DNA of 64,000 nucleotides. It comes from Octopus sinensis (lineage: Eukaryota). Made by a program: the position numbers and the translations under genes. The notes below the pieces were generated by a model. It did not search any database, was not told the origin of the DNA, and saw only the letters and a program-made list of their open reading frames with translations. Shown piece by piece: positions 39,037-52,250 of the stretch (positions within the stretch are counted from its first letter, which is position 1; the number at the start of each line of letters is the position of its first letter). The stretch covers positions 109,554,001 through 109,618,000 of the forward strand of contig NC_043005.1 of the NCBI RefSeq assembly GCF_006345805.1. The letters are read 5' to 3'.

Positions 39037-39425
39037 CGATCGAAGCACTCCATCGGTTACGACGACGAGGGTCCCGGTTGATCCGAATCAACGGAACAGC
39101 CTGCTCATGAAATTAACGTGTAAGTGGCTGAGCACTCCACAAACATGTATACCCTTAACGTAGTTCTCAGGGATATTCAGCATGACACAGAGAGTGACAA
39201 GGCCGGCCCTTTGAAATACAGGTACAATAGAAACAGGAAGTAAGAGTGAGAGAAATTTGTGGTGAAAGAGTACAGCAGGGATCACCACCATCCCCTGCCG
39301 GAGCCTCGTGGAGCTTTAGGTGTTTTCGCTCAATAAGCACTCACAACGACCAGTCTGTGAATCGAAACTGCGATCCTATGACCGCGAGTCCACTGCCCTA
39401 ACCACTGGGCCATTGCGCCTCCACA
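39037..39425 (-). mobile_element. tRNA-derived SINE family B with TSD
   Basis: Head GGAGGCGCAATGGCCCAGTGGTTAGGG on minus strand; TSD ATATCGCAAT / ATATTGCAAT (39027-39036, 39426-39435). Confidence 0.9.
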
Positions 39426-39741
39426 ATATTGCAATACTACACAGTGGCTGTGTGAGCATCTCATCCTTGTCACCACTGTTATGTCGCACATTCAGATGAC
39501 CTCTACTCAACTGTTCTCTAATCTGACGTCTATATCTACATATTGGGCTAGTCTACTTCATCGTCTGGGGGTGTCCACACAACACAGTGGCTGAAGGCAG
39601 AGCAAGGAGATGGCTGGTGGAAATAGCATAGGCATTGATGATTTTGAGGAATTCTGGTCCCAAAGTAATTACAGCAGCTGAGTGGTATCATAGAGAAGTG
39701 ATAGGGTGTTAAGGGTAAGAATTATTGGAAGTACTTGACAG

Positions 39742-39778
<37 letters not shown>

Positions 39779-39859
39779 GTAGGGGCAGGGCTCTATATAC
39801 AAGCATAGCAAGTAGTTTTAGGATATCGTTTTGCTGTGATAGATGGGTTTTCTTGAGCA

Positions 39860-40275
39860 CAGCAGATCACCACTCATCTCAGTCCGCTGTCATCTCTGTA
39901 AGGCTCAGAATCCTGATATCAACTTTCAATTCTTTGTCTCATCATATCTTCCTGAGTCTCCCTCTTCCACCAGTTCCGTCCAGTTTAAATGAACAGCACA
40001 TCCTTATTGAACTGTTCTATCCATATACATCACATGACCAAACCAACACTTGCAGACTATATCTGATTCTTTTTATGGCAAACTTTTCTCTCAGCGTATT
40101 AACACTTTGTCATACATGCACACTGATATCACACAACCAACAGAGCCTAATAGCGTCATTCCTCTCTAGTCTTCGCATATCCTCTGCATTCATGATCCAT
40201 GTTTCCGTAACATGTGGCCTTGCTTATAATTTGCCTTTCATTCAAAGAGAGAGAATAGTTGTTGCCAACAAAGAT
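39860..40275 (-). pseudogene. RTE LINE ORF C-terminal fragment
   Basis: ETWIMNAEDMRRLERND...WLCDISVHV*QSVNTLREK resembles the RTE C-terminus. Confidence 0.75.
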
Positions 40276-40279
40276 AATA

Positions 40280-40439
40280 GCTTGTGTGGTAAGTAGCTTG
40301 CTTACAAACCACATGGTTCCAGGTTCCGTCCCACTGCGTGGCACCTTAGGCAAGTGTCTTCTACTATAGCTTCGGGCTGACCAAAGCCTTGTGAGTGGAT
40401 TTGGTAGACAGAAACTCAAAGAAGCTCGTCGTATACATG

Positions 40440-40470
<31 letters not shown>

Positions 40471-40707
40471 GTGTGTGTGTTTATGTTTGTGTGTCTGTGT
40501 TTGCTCCCCCCCCACACACACACACATCGCTTGACAACCAATGCTGTTTTGTTTACATCCCCGTAACTTAGCGGTTCAGCAAAAGAGACTGATAGAATAA
40601 GTATTAGGCTTACAAAGAATAAGTCCTGGGGTCAATTTGCTCAACTAAAGGTGGTGCTCCAGCATAGCCACAGTCAAATGACTGAAACAAGTAAAAGAGT
40701 AAAAGAG
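40280..40707 (+). mobile_element. SINE family A
   Basis: Near full length. Confidence 0.9.
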
Positions 40708-40759
40708 TATTTTAATTTTAGCAACTACATTTTCTGGACAGGAGTCTCCAGGGCTGAAT

Positions 40760-41135
40760 GCCAGGAAGCCATACTTGTTTTAAAATGATTCCTAGTGGGT
40801 AAAAGACGACTTAATATTCAGTATACACATGATAAGTTTTACACAAATGGAGTCACTAATCTTGATAGATTATTCATCTTGAGTACCATAAAATATGTAT
40901 ACACCCCAACAAATCAGATCCGTTCAGGGATGATGGCATGGTAATCTTAAACCATATGAACAACCACACCATGTGTAACTTCATGAAGAATTTCATCAAT
41001 GTTTTCAAAGAGTTTGGCCTAACTATAACTGTTATCATCATCTAAAGAAAGGTTAACTTCCTGGATATCATTCAAAGCCTCAAAAGAGTTAAGTACTACT
41101 TCTACATAAAGCCTAAAAAGGAAATTGTTTATAGC
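40760..41135 (+). pseudogene. Penelope-like reverse transcriptase fragment
   Basis: FRDDGMVIL...NVFKEFGLTITV...VNFLDI...YIKPKKEIVY with one stop; matches the PLE YRDDG...FK.GL.IT...VNFLD...Y.KP pattern. Confidence 0.7.
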
Positions 41136-41257
41136 TTTAGAAACTCCAGCCAACTCCTGGCTGTAATTAGAAATGTCTCCAGGTACCAGTAGAAGAATTT
41201 CCACTCTATTGGTAGACAGAGAGAGATATTCAACAGAGCCATACCCCACTATGAAAT

Positions 41258-41645
41258 TTTGGTTGCAAGCACTCCATCGGTTATGACGACGAGGGTTCCG
41301 GTTGATCCGAATCAACGGAACAGCCAGCTCGTGAAATTAACGTGTAAGTGGCTGAGCACTCCACAGACACGTGTACCCTTAACGTAGTTCTCGGGGATAT
41401 TCAGCGTGACACAGAGAGTGACAAGGCCAGCCCTTTGAAATACAGGTACAACAGAAACAGGAAGTAAGAGTGAGAGAAAGTTGTGGTGAAAGAGTACAGC
41501 AGGGATCACCACCATCCCTGCCGGAGTCTCGTGGAGCTTTAGGTGTTTTCGCTCTATAAACACTCACAACGCCCAGTCTGGGAATCGAAACCGCGACCCT
41601 ATGACCGCGAGTCCACTGCCCTAACCACTGGGCCATTGCGCCTCC
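41258..41645 (-). mobile_element. SINE family B with ~14-bp TSD
   Basis: CCCCACTATGAAAT (41244-41257) / CCCCATTATGAAAT (41646-41659). Confidence 0.9.
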
Positions 41646-43173
41646 CCCCATTATGAAATATCCAGCCCTTCACAAGATTACTCATTTTTACCAGTGAAGC
41701 AACATGAAAGGAAGTGTTGCTCAAGAAGACAATGCATCATCCAGTCCAGGAATCAAAGCCACAATCGTATGATCATGAGTGTAACACCTTGATCGCTAAG
41801 CCCCACACCTCCACACAGCCCTGTTATAATGATGCACAAGTGAGGAAATATGATACAGATAAGGTAGTGTACATGGTGGATCCCTGCCCCTATCTTTAAA
41901 CTTAAAAAAAGTCAGAAGTAGAAAGTAATCTGGTTTAATCCTCTATTCAGTCTAAACGCTTCAATTAATATTGGTAGATTTCTGTTGTTAAAGTCTTTAA
42001 TTTCCATAATGTTAAGATTAGTTACTTGACCTCAAACAACGTCTCTTACAACAATAAATAATATAACAGAAGCAAATTCATAGCCACATGGTCTTCACCT
42101 TATATACCACTACCAACAACAACAACAGCAACAAAACGGAAAAGACATTCTCTTTATTTCAGAAACTAATGTTGCCCTATATGTACATCATTAAGATCAT
42201 AAAGAAGCAGTAATTTTCTATAATAGATCCTCAATCTCTGAATTCCATTTGCAATTTCATCAACAAGATTTGCATCCTCCCTTTTTCTATCTTATTTCTG
42301 TCGAAATACTCTGCTTTTGTTTAAATTAATTTTCAAAATAATGAAGAATTTAGTTAAATATCTTTGAGTGATGGAAGATATTATTTTAGATGACTTTGAA
42401 GCAGAACCTTTCTCTCATAGAAACAGGAGCTGTCTCAAGTGAGTTGATGTCAAAAAGGTTAAAATATTGTCAAGCTGTATGAACGAAAATACATATTTCA
42501 AAATTTTACCCTATGCCTTTATTTTAGGATCTACACAAAGCTTTCATGGTCAGGGGTAACTAAGATTGCCAAATTTATCAAGATTTATTCTGAAGCTAAC
42601 ATGTCACATGGCACCAAAATTTATCTACATATGTTTGAAGATCTTTTTCATTGTCTACAACAATAGCCCAGTCCAAGGCCATCTTTGCAGCATTAATGGC
42701 TCCTAGGCAAATCATGGGGCCAATGTTATTTACTTATCTATAGATAATAAATTACACAATACATGGATCAGAATTAGATCCCTTGACTCATGAGGTCCCC
42801 AGGCAATGGCCCAGTGTCCTCATGCCTTAAGACAGCACCGTTGTATTCCCCAAAGTTTGAGGTTTCTAATCAAAGACACAACAGTAAGTGATTTAGAATG
42901 AAGCTATTTGAGATTGAATAACTCATCTGTTATGTGGTAATATATATAAATGCCTTCAGAGCAATCTTGTGAAGTATATAGTTTATAGACAAGGAGCACA
43001 CTCTCATACCATCATCAAAGGACGTGATAATGTATGTAAACAGATTAGAGCAGCTAAATTTTGTGAGAATTGGGCATTATGGATCATGATGACCAGAATC
43101 AATGTCGTTAGTGCAATCAGCAAAGCAATTATAGAGATTAACTCCCTGATCAGTGCCTTTTCTTGTAATAGAT

Positions 43174-43297
43174 CATCATCATCATCATCATCATCATCGT
43201 TTAACGTCCATTTTCCGTGCTAGCACCGGTTGGACAGTTCGACTGGTGTCTGGGAAGCCGGGGGGGGGGCACCAGGCTCCAGTCTGATCTGGCAGTG
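43174..43297 (-). mobile_element. Very short 5'-truncated RTE tail with 16-bp TSD
   Basis: TTTTCTTGTAATAGAT at 43158-43173 and 43298-43313 around (ATC)n plus module end. Confidence 0.85.
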
Positions 43298-43319
43298 TTT
43301 TCTTGTAATAGATGAATGG

Positions 43320-43540
43320 AAAAAAAAAATCATGTGATTTGTTTTGTTGTCCAGTGTAAAGCTCCTGATTGACACTCCAGAGGAAGGAATATCACATGTT
43401 GAATGAGCCGACCATGAATAATTCTGGTCAATATTTTTTTGCAAAAAACTGAGAACAGTTGAGAATTACCACATATGCGTTTACCACTTTTTCTTTTGTA
43501 AAACACATTCTCGACAGTCTTAAGAATTCGCCAAGTACAA
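43320..43540 (-). pseudogene. RTE-like RT N-terminal fragment
   Basis: FYKRKSGKRICGN...KKILTRIIHGRLIQHV..LPLECQSG resembles YKxKG...CxNYR...KILARII..RL...LPESQCGF. Confidence 0.65.
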
Positions 43541-43752
43541 AATGAATACAGATATACATCCATAATATCCATATATAATTTACATACATTATATACAAAC
43601 ATGGCTGCTTAGTTGATGTTGTCTGTTTTCCAATAAAGGAGACTTGATTCTAGGTTAGAGACCAGTTCTTTCAGTATTGGAAAAAAGTTAAAAAATATAA
43701 CCAGTTCATAAAAATAAACACTTGTGCATACATACATACATACATACATACA

Positions 43753-43786
<34 letters not shown>

Positions 43787-44586
43787 CATACAAACATATA
43801 TATACATATATACATACTGGACTTACTTATAATATCTAATATTACAAATTTTTTTATTGAATTTCTTTGGACAAATCAAATACCAAAGAAAAAAATAACA
43901 ACCTCACAAATATATATATATATAAACATATGTGCATACATAAACACATGTGTGCATGCAAACACACATACACACATTCAGACATACACAAATTGAAGAA
44001 AAAAATAACAAAGGAAAAATAAAAGTTATATACGAATGTATGTATGTTTGTATGTATATAAGCAACAGGAAAATATTTTTAAAATATAGCAAACAAAAAA
44101 GGACACACATATAAGCATATGAGCATGATATATATATATATATAATATATATAATATATATATATACGTATAATTATCAAATAAACAACATTGCAATTTG
44201 CATTTTATTTATTTGATTTTTCCCTTATTTTTTTATTTCTGTTTCAGGAAATATATAGAGAAAAAAGAGAAAATGAATAAAAAATTGTTTGCGGCAATAA
44301 TGCATTTTATTCACTGCCAAATAATGATTTTACAGTCTTGTAATTTTCCAGAGAAGAAACAAGAATTGATTTTTAACCAAAGAATTATATATATTGGCAA
44401 AGAATATCATCAATTGTCTCTTTTTTCTCCTTTTTAAGAGATGTTTTTGTTTGTTTTTTTTTCAAATTTTATTCTTTTGTATAATTTGATCATTTTTTTT
44501 ATTTTTCATGTTTCTAAATGATTTATTATTCAATATGACGTACAAGAAGTTTTATAACCTGATATAACGATGAGTGAGAGAAGACT

Positions 44587-44674
<88 letters not shown>

Positions 44675-45136
44675 GAGTGGCAGCTGGCTGATTGGTTAAT
44701 ATGTCAGATCTCTGACTCAACCAGGATAGCAGTTTGTTTGTTCTTTATTGTTGTTGTTTGACACTCAGATCAGTTCTGATTGAGCTAAAGATATTTCAGT
44801 CAAAATCCTTCATCTTCATGAAAATCTAATGCGTCTTTTTAATTTAGTTTTAAATGTGTAAAATGTTATTTCAAGGCTTCACATCTCTTTCTCAGAGGTT
44901 TGGCAGCCAATGTAACAGATCTCTCATTGACCATTCTTGTTCAATTGTATTCATAATAGCCAAGTTCTGACATTTAACCCTGAAATAAAAACAGTAGAAG
45001 CAATGGAAATTAACAAGTGTTTTATTGCTTTGGTTAAAAGGTAAAAAATACAAACTAGAACTCTTTATAAACACTGAATGGATGCATATTTATGTTCACC
45101 TGTGATGCATTAGAGTGTATGCTAATCACTCATATA

Positions 45137-45531
45137 CTCTTTACTCTTTTACTTGTTTCAGTCATTTGACTGCGGCCATGCTGGAGCACCGCCGTTAATC
45201 GAGCAAATCAACCCCAGGACTTATTCTTTTTGTAAGCCCAGTACTTATTCTATCGGTCTCTTTTTGCCGAACTGCTAAGTAACAGGGATATAAACACACC
45301 AGCATCGGTTGTCAAGCAATGCTAGGGGGACAAACACAGACACACACACACGCATACATATATATACATATATATGACGGGCTTCTTTCAGTTTCCTTCT
45401 ACCAAATCCACTCACAAGGCTTTTGTCGGCCCGAGGCTATAGTAGAAGACACTTGCCCAAGGTGCCATGCAGTGGGACTGAACCCGGAACCATGAGGTTG
45501 GTAAACAAGCTACTTATCACACAGCAACTCC
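45137..45531 (-). mobile_element. SINE family A, full length
   Basis: Reverse complement of family A. Confidence 0.9.
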
Positions 45532-46502
45532 AACATATAATCAACCCTTTACCTGGATGTTTAGTAAAGGTGTTCTTCATAAACCATAAGGACTTCCTCT
45601 AAGCCCCTTTGTAAGCTTAGAAAAGTAATCAATTTAAAAAAAATTTTAACCCTTATTGTTAATTACCTTTACCTGTACGGCATTACCTGTACGGAATTAT
45701 TCTCAATTCTCAAAGATAATTATGCAACTGTTTTTGGCAATTTCAATCCTGCAATTCCTCATTCCTACATTATTTCTTCTTTTGCTCTTTTTAGCTCTTT
45801 CACCCTAAAAGTTTGTGTTTCTTCACTTTTAATCTTTAACACTTTATTTGCGAATTTTGTTTCTAAATTTCATTACATGAGATATTAGCCTATTATCCCC
45901 TAATCCTTTACACAGCTTCATTTATTTATAACAACATGGAGTAACAGCTTCTGATAATAGCATTTCCTAAGTTATGTAATTTAATCCATGTCTCTAATCA
46001 TTTCCTTCCATTCAGTTGTTTTGTAATAGCGGTAGAGGCTGTGTTTCCCCATCCCTTGATTGTTTATTTAATACTTAGAACTATTTATTGAATACTTAGA
46101 GTTTTGTTGTTGTGTATAGCCCTTTATACTTGCTTCATTTCAACCCCTTATTTTCGTCATTACTCCCAATCAAGTAGCTGCATTATTAACTCCCTATATT
46201 TTAATACAGTAATTTTAAATAACAAATTTACAAAGCTAGCTAGTGAATAAGCTATTTGTTTTACTAAATACTTAATCAAGCTAAAATTAATTTTTAAAAT
46301 TTTATTAATTCACTTGTGCCAGTGAACCCAGTGTATTAATTTTCCCTTCATATTCCATTTTTCTGGGTTCAAATATCACTGGGATATGTTTTGATGTGTC
46401 AGACAAACCAATTTATCAAGCTTCAATCGAATATCTAACGACTGTTGTCTATAAAAAGTTTATTATCATTACCTTGGTCACTAGCACCACTACTTCTGCC
46501 TG

Positions 46503-46655
46503 TCTACGTTCTGAGTTCAAATTCTGCTGTGGTCAACTTTCCCTTTCATCCTTTTGGGGTCGATAAATTAAGTATTAGTTGCGTACTGAGGTCAATGTAA
46601 TTGACTGGCCCCCTCCCCCAAAATTTCAGGCCTTGTGCCTATAATAGAAAGGATT
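46503..46655 (+). mobile_element. SINE family C variant (3' part)
   Basis: CGTTCTGAGTTCAAATTC...GGGGTCGATAAATTAAGTA. Confidence 0.7.
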
Positions 46656-46689
46656 ATTATTATTGTCATTATAATTTCTTTTTATCTCA

Positions 46690-46960
46690 GGTTTTGTTGG
46701 AGCTCTTGGAGTCTTTTATGAGACTTGCTACTTACAGTCCATGGTACCATGCTATTCGTTCTTTCCTAATCATTCTGGTCATGCCAAGGAGGGCAAAACT
46801 GTTTTAACAATTCTACTGGATACTCAATTCGAATTTCCTTTATATTCCACTTGATGCCTTCTGATACTGTTTCCAAGGACCCAACAGTAATTGGCACTAT
46901 CTTCCCCTTCTTCATTTTCCATAGACAGGCTATTTCATACTTAATTGGGTTGTATTTATC
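46690..46960 (-). pseudogene. RLE-type (R4-like) non-LTR retrotransposon C-terminal fragment
   Basis: KYNPIKYEIACLWKMKKGKIVPITVGSLETV resembles the KY..L..EI..LW....IVP..VG.LG motif. Confidence 0.6.
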
Positions 46961-47067
46961 TTTTTTTTTTACTATTATTATTATTGTATAAAGAATCGTG
47001 GGTAACACCAGAACAATGCAAAATAAATGCAAGAAAACAAATATATGAATTAATGTAGACTTACCTT

Positions 47068-47110
47068 GTATTCAATATTTCGGGGTTATGACCCCATTTT
47101 CAAGAAATTA
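47068..47110 (-). ncRNA. Minimal type I hammerhead-like motif, U3-A8 variant
   Basis: UUC-UUGAAAA-U-GGGGU(CAUA)ACCCC-GAAA-UA-UU-GAA. Confidence 0.6.
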
Positions 47111-47119
47111 ATGCATGTT

Positions 47120-47445
47120 GCCAATGTGCATCTTTTCAAGGACTTGACATACAGATAGTGCACACTGGCCCTTCCCTGAGAAAAGCTCTGTTCAAGAACA
47201 ACACCTCTCACTACTCTGAGGAGTGCACATTATCGAACTGCCCCATCAATGACCCTGAATTGTGCCAGAGGACCTATGTTGTATATGAGATCATCTGTGG
47301 CAGATATGGTGCATCCTACATAGGAAGCACAACGAGAAAACTGCATATATGCATTAAGGAACACATGCAGATGCAGGCAGACGCTTCCGTGAAGAAACAT
47401 CTACAGAAATGCCAGATCCAGGAATTTACAGAGCACATCAAGGCA
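47120..47445 (+). pseudogene. Penelope GIY-YIG endonuclease fragment
   Basis: CPINDPELCQRTYVVYEIICGRYGASYIGSTTRKLHICIKEH...SVKKHLQKC. Confidence 0.85.
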
Positions 47446-47493
47446 ACACACACACAAACACACACACACACACACATATATATATATTATAAA

Positions 47494-47641
47494 GGTATTT
47501 TTATGTAAGCTTAAAGCTTATAGCAATCAGTGTGCACTGACTAAGGAAAATAGTCTAATAACAGGTCTATTTTCCTTGGTCATTTGCCATAAGCTTTTTC
47601 CTTGGTGGTCACCATAAGCTTTAAGCTCATCTAAAAACACC
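47494..47641. repeat. Imperfect palindromic MITE-like element
   Basis: GGTATTTTTATGTAAGCTTAAAGCTTAT / ATAAGCTTTAAGCTCATCTAAAAACACC, with an inner AAGGAAAATAG / CTATTTTCCTT hairpin. Confidence 0.65.
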
Positions 47642-47722
47642 ATTATTATTATTTACAGGTTTGTAAAATACGGTGCTGTATAACAAAACCATTCACACTG
47701 AAAGCATATATTTATACATATA

Positions 47723-48131
47723 CTCTTTACTCTTTACTCTTTTACATGTTTCAGTCATTTGACTGCAGCCATGCTGGAGCACCGCCTTTAGTCGAGCAAA
47801 TCGACCCCGGGACTTATTCTTTGTAAGCCCAGTACTTATTCTATCGGTCTCTTTTGCCGAACCGCTAAGTGACGGGGACGTAACACACCACATCGGTTGT
47901 CAAGCAATGCTAGGGGTACAAACACAGACACACAAACACATACACATACATACATATACATATATATACATTATACGACAGGCTTCTTTCAGTTTCCGTC
48001 TACCAAATCCACTCACAAGGCATTGGTCGGCCTGGGGCTATAGCAGAAGACACTTGCCCAAGATGCCACGCAGTGGGACTGAACCCGGAACCATGTGGTT
48101 GGTTAGCAAGCTACTTACCACACAGCCACTC
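47723..48131 (-). mobile_element. SINE family A, full length
   Basis: Reverse complement of family A. Confidence 0.9.
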
Positions 48132-48302
48132 ATCCCCGTCTTTCTGTCTATCTACCTATTTATCTATCTGTCTGTATGTATGCATGTATATGTGATTTTG
48201 TATGTATATAAAATTACAAAAGGAAATCAATGCTACAAACATATCAACATGCTGCCAAACACACACATAGGAACATGCTTGCACACACATTCATGTGTGT
48301 AT

Positions 48303-48341
<39 letters not shown>

Positions 48342-49840
48342 ATGTATTTATGTTTGCATACACTGACACACACATGTATGAGTGTGCATGTTTGTGTATG
48401 AATGTGTTTGCATGTGTGTGTGTATTTGTTTGTAATGTATATGAGAGTGGTAGTGTATTTTTATATATTTTTATATTAATTTTCTTTAGTAAGCTTACCT
48501 TATATTTTTCAATATTCTTTATATTTTATGAAATTCTGTTATTGATTATTTCATGCATGATAGACTCCTAAGTGGGTGTAGCACTGGAACATTGTGCATA
48601 TATGTTTGTGCATATGTCTTCATTGAAGGATATTATATACATGTGCATGTATGCGTGTTCCATCATTATAAAATCTTTGTTTGCAAAAACAGAAAAAAAA
48701 ATGAAAGAAAAATAAAGCTAAATATATAATAAAGAAAGAAAAGGCAACAGAAAACTTAGAACCAACATGGATTGCTAATAATTATAATTAAAAAAGTAGC
48801 TAACAAATATTTCTTAAAACCAGCAACAAAAGTTTAAATAAGCATATATTAATTCATATAAAATATATAAAAAAAATTTAATGTATACAAAAATAACGAA
48901 ACTTAGGAAAATAAATGGTAATGAAGGATTTTTTCAATGAAAACAAGACAAAAAATATTATTATAAATAAAAAAGCAAATTGCAATTATAAGTTAATTTG
49001 TGAAGAAAAGGCGTGAGTAGAAATATTTTAGCAAAATATCCTTCTTTCTTACTGCCATTTTACTGTTTTTTCTCTATTTTCTTTTTTATTGTGTTAGTTC
49101 ATTTTCTTTCTTTCTATCTTCCTTCTATATATCTTACCTATTTTTACTTCATTTTGCATGCTCACATGAATAGGTGTGTGTCTGGGCGAGTATCTATATG
49201 CATGTATGTACGCATATATGCTTGCGGCGATATGAGTATCCATGCTCATATTAGTATACGACTTAATATCTATGGTTACACACATATCTGTAATTTTCAT
49301 ATTTCTCAAATTTGTTTTCTTTTTGTATGTATGTCTGGTAACTTTTAAATGGATTTACAGTATGGAATAAGAAGACTCTTCTAGGTAAGTGCATGGGGAA
49401 GGTCATTTGTGGGTGGGGCATTTGCATGATGAAGTTAGTGTAAGGGTTCTTTCAGAGTCAATAACTTAGTTCAATAAATGGTTCATTTCACTTTATATTC
49501 ACTCTGGCATGAAAGCAATTGAAATTGTCATAGATTTCTTCCTGTGAGAATCAGATATTTGCATTGCTGTTAGAATTATTATTATTATTGTTGTTGTTGT
49601 TGTTGTTGTCATCATTGTCGTAGTAGTTGTTGTTGTTGTTGCTGTTGTTGTTGTTGCATTGGAAGGTAGAAGCAGTTTCATATTCACAACCAGTGGATAA
49701 GAACACTCAAAAGCAGAAGTAGAGTTTATATGTAATGTATATTTTATTTTCGAAACTGATAACTTGACAAGTGGAAGCATGAAAGTTAAGTTATTCTGTG
49801 GAGTTACCAACTTTTAAAAGTAGTATATAACCTGTGTGTT

Positions 49841-49880
<40 letters not shown>

Positions 49881-50280
49881 CATGTGTGTTTGTGTGTGTA
49901 TGTGTGTAGCATGGTTGAATGGCTGAGAAATTTGCTTCACAGTTATAAAGTCCCAGGTTATACCCTTGCATTTGGCATCTATTTTGCCTACCCAAGCCTT
50001 GTGCTTAAAACTGGTTGGATGGTGGAATCAGTGCCAGAACCCATGGAGGGATTGCCCTCTTTTTTTTTAAGCCTGGGACTTTATTATATCAGTCCCCTTT
50101 ACCAAACTGCTAAGTTATGGAAATGTAAACAAACCAACATTTATCAAGAATTGGCAGGGTACAAACAGAAACACACACACACACACACACATGTATAGAT
50201 GTATACATATAAATATGCATGCATATGACAGTCTTCTTTCAGTTTCTGTCTACAAAATTCACCCACAAAGTATTGGTCAG

Positions 50281-50510
50281 TGGTGAGCTGGCAGAATCGT
50301 TAGCACGCCAGGCAAAATGCGTAGCTGTATTTCATCTGCTGTCATGTTCTGAGTTCAAATACCGCCGAGGTCAACTTTGCCTTTCATCCTTTCGAGGTCG
50401 ATAAATTAAGTACCAGTTACGCACTGGGCTCGATATAATCGACTTAATCTGTTTGTCAGTCCTTGTTTGTCCTCTCTGTGTTTAACCCCTTGTGGGTAGT
50501 AAAGAAATAG
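50281..50510 (+). mobile_element. SINE family C inserted in a degenerate minus-strand SINE A, 11-bp TSD
   Basis: GTATTGGTCAG at 50270-50280 and 50511-50521. Confidence 0.9.
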
Positions 50511-50625
50511 GTATTGGTCAGCCCAGGTTTATAGTAGAATAAACTTGTCCCAGATGCAGTGAAGTGAAAATGATTTCCTCTTTTTTGGAAGCTACCAATA
50601 AGTTTTTGTTTTATTTTTTCCTAAT

Positions 50626-52250
50626 TCAAGGGTCAGCTGAAAGGTCTATATGCTAACCCTGATATTCTCTTGGAATGTGACCAAATGAAGTTTATTTTCC
50701 AACATAGTTCCACTTGTGATTCACACACTTCTTTTATTGATGTTGCAGTGTATGGATGCAATTGATGAAGAAGCTTTCACCCTTTTGGTTAAAAAAAAAA
50801 GCACCAACAGCAAATATGATGTCATCTTCATGGTGATACTGGCTCCCAGCTAAGTGGGGTTTTTTTAATGCTGTGGAACAAATGATAGATAGATGGAGCT
50901 AAATCAAGAGAATAATGAGGCTGGTCAACCATTTCAAAGCCACGGTCACTCACAGCAGCCATTGAAGCCAAAGACTCGTGTGCTGGAACGTTGTCTTGAT
51001 GAACCAAGACACCTTTCATCAGTTTTCCCGGATATTTGGTCTTAATAGCGGTTTGTAACTGCCACAGCAAGTTGGCATAGTACTCTCCATTGATGGTGTG
51101 GCCCTTTAAAGATAGTCAATGAACACAATGCCTTTTGCATCCCCAAAAACTGAGACCATCACCTTCCCTGCAGATGAAACAACCTTGGCCTTCTTTGGAG
51201 CAGTTGGTGGTGGTGGAGGTGGTGGGGGTGTTTCTACTACATAGATTGTTCTCTTTGTCTCTGGTTACTCAAAGTGATGTGACCAACGCTCATCCTGGCT
51301 TAGGAAACGTTCAAGAAAGCCATCTGTATCTGCTCAAGCAATGTCAGCTTTTCCCATGATGTGATCAGCTTGGTGCACTTTTGATCGGTTGTCAGAAAAC
51401 ATGGCACCCACTGAGCAGAAACTATCATCATACCAAGTTCATTAAATGAAATATTCTCAACCCTTTCATAGGATATGCTAACAGCGTTGGCTAATTAATT
51501 CATAGTCAGTCATGTGTTATCCATCATCATAGTGGAGGTGCAATGGCCCAGTGGTTAGGGCAGCGGACTCGCGGTCGTAGGATCACGGTTTCGATTCCCA
51601 GACCGGGCGTTGTGAGTGTTTATTGAGTAAAAACACCTAAAGCTCCACGAGGTTCCGGCAGGGGATGGTGGTGATCCCTGCTGTATTCTTTCACCACAAC
51701 TTTCTCTCACTCTTACTTCCTGTTTCTGTTGTATTTGTATTTCAAAGGGCCGGCCTTGTCACTCTCTGTGTCACGCTGAATATTCCTGAGAACTACGTTA
51801 AGGGTACACATGTCTGTGGAGTGCTCAGCCACTTACACGTTAATTTTACGAGCAGGCTGTTCCGTTGATCGGATCAACCGGAACCCTCGTCGTCGTAACC
51901 GATGGAACGCTTCCATCCATCCATCATCATGTGGTGAACACAATCAATGTTTCCTCGATGGTGGCAATTTCAGGAGATGTCCAGACAATGGGTCATCTTC
52001 AAGACGCTCCTTTCCTCTCCTAAATTCAGTTGTCCTCTTTTGCACTGTTGATAAACCTGGAGTGTCGTCCCCCAATGTAGTAACCATGTCAACATGAATG
52101 TTGTTGGTGGGTGGGGGGCTAAACCTTTTTCTGCGAGTACTTGATAGCAGCACGATGCTAAATTTTGTCCGTTTTCAAGAGAACTCACCACTTTTTTTTT
52201 TTTTTTGAAGTCTTCTATTGAACAATCAAATGTCAGTCTACCTGGAAAGA
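50626..52250 (-). mobile_element. Decayed mariner transposon
   Basis: IHVDMVTTLGDD...STVQK..EFRRG...LEDDP N-terminus; KGVLVHQDNVPAH...HYSLDLAPSIYHLF catalytic region. Confidence 0.85.
51531..51918 (+). mobile_element. SINE family B inserted in the mariner, 12-bp TSD
   Basis: ATCCATCATCAT at 51519-51530 and 51919-51930. Confidence 0.9.

Noticed and set aside
44892-44995. Minus-strand acceptor TTTTTATTTCAG with a short ORF VKCQNLAIM...LPNL*
   Set aside because: No recognisable homology and no partner exon; such acceptors are frequent by chance in AT-rich DNA.
51531-51610. tRNA gene
   Set aside because: tRNA-like A/B boxes are the head of SINE B and continue into the SINE body with a TSD; the same applies to the other SINE heads.
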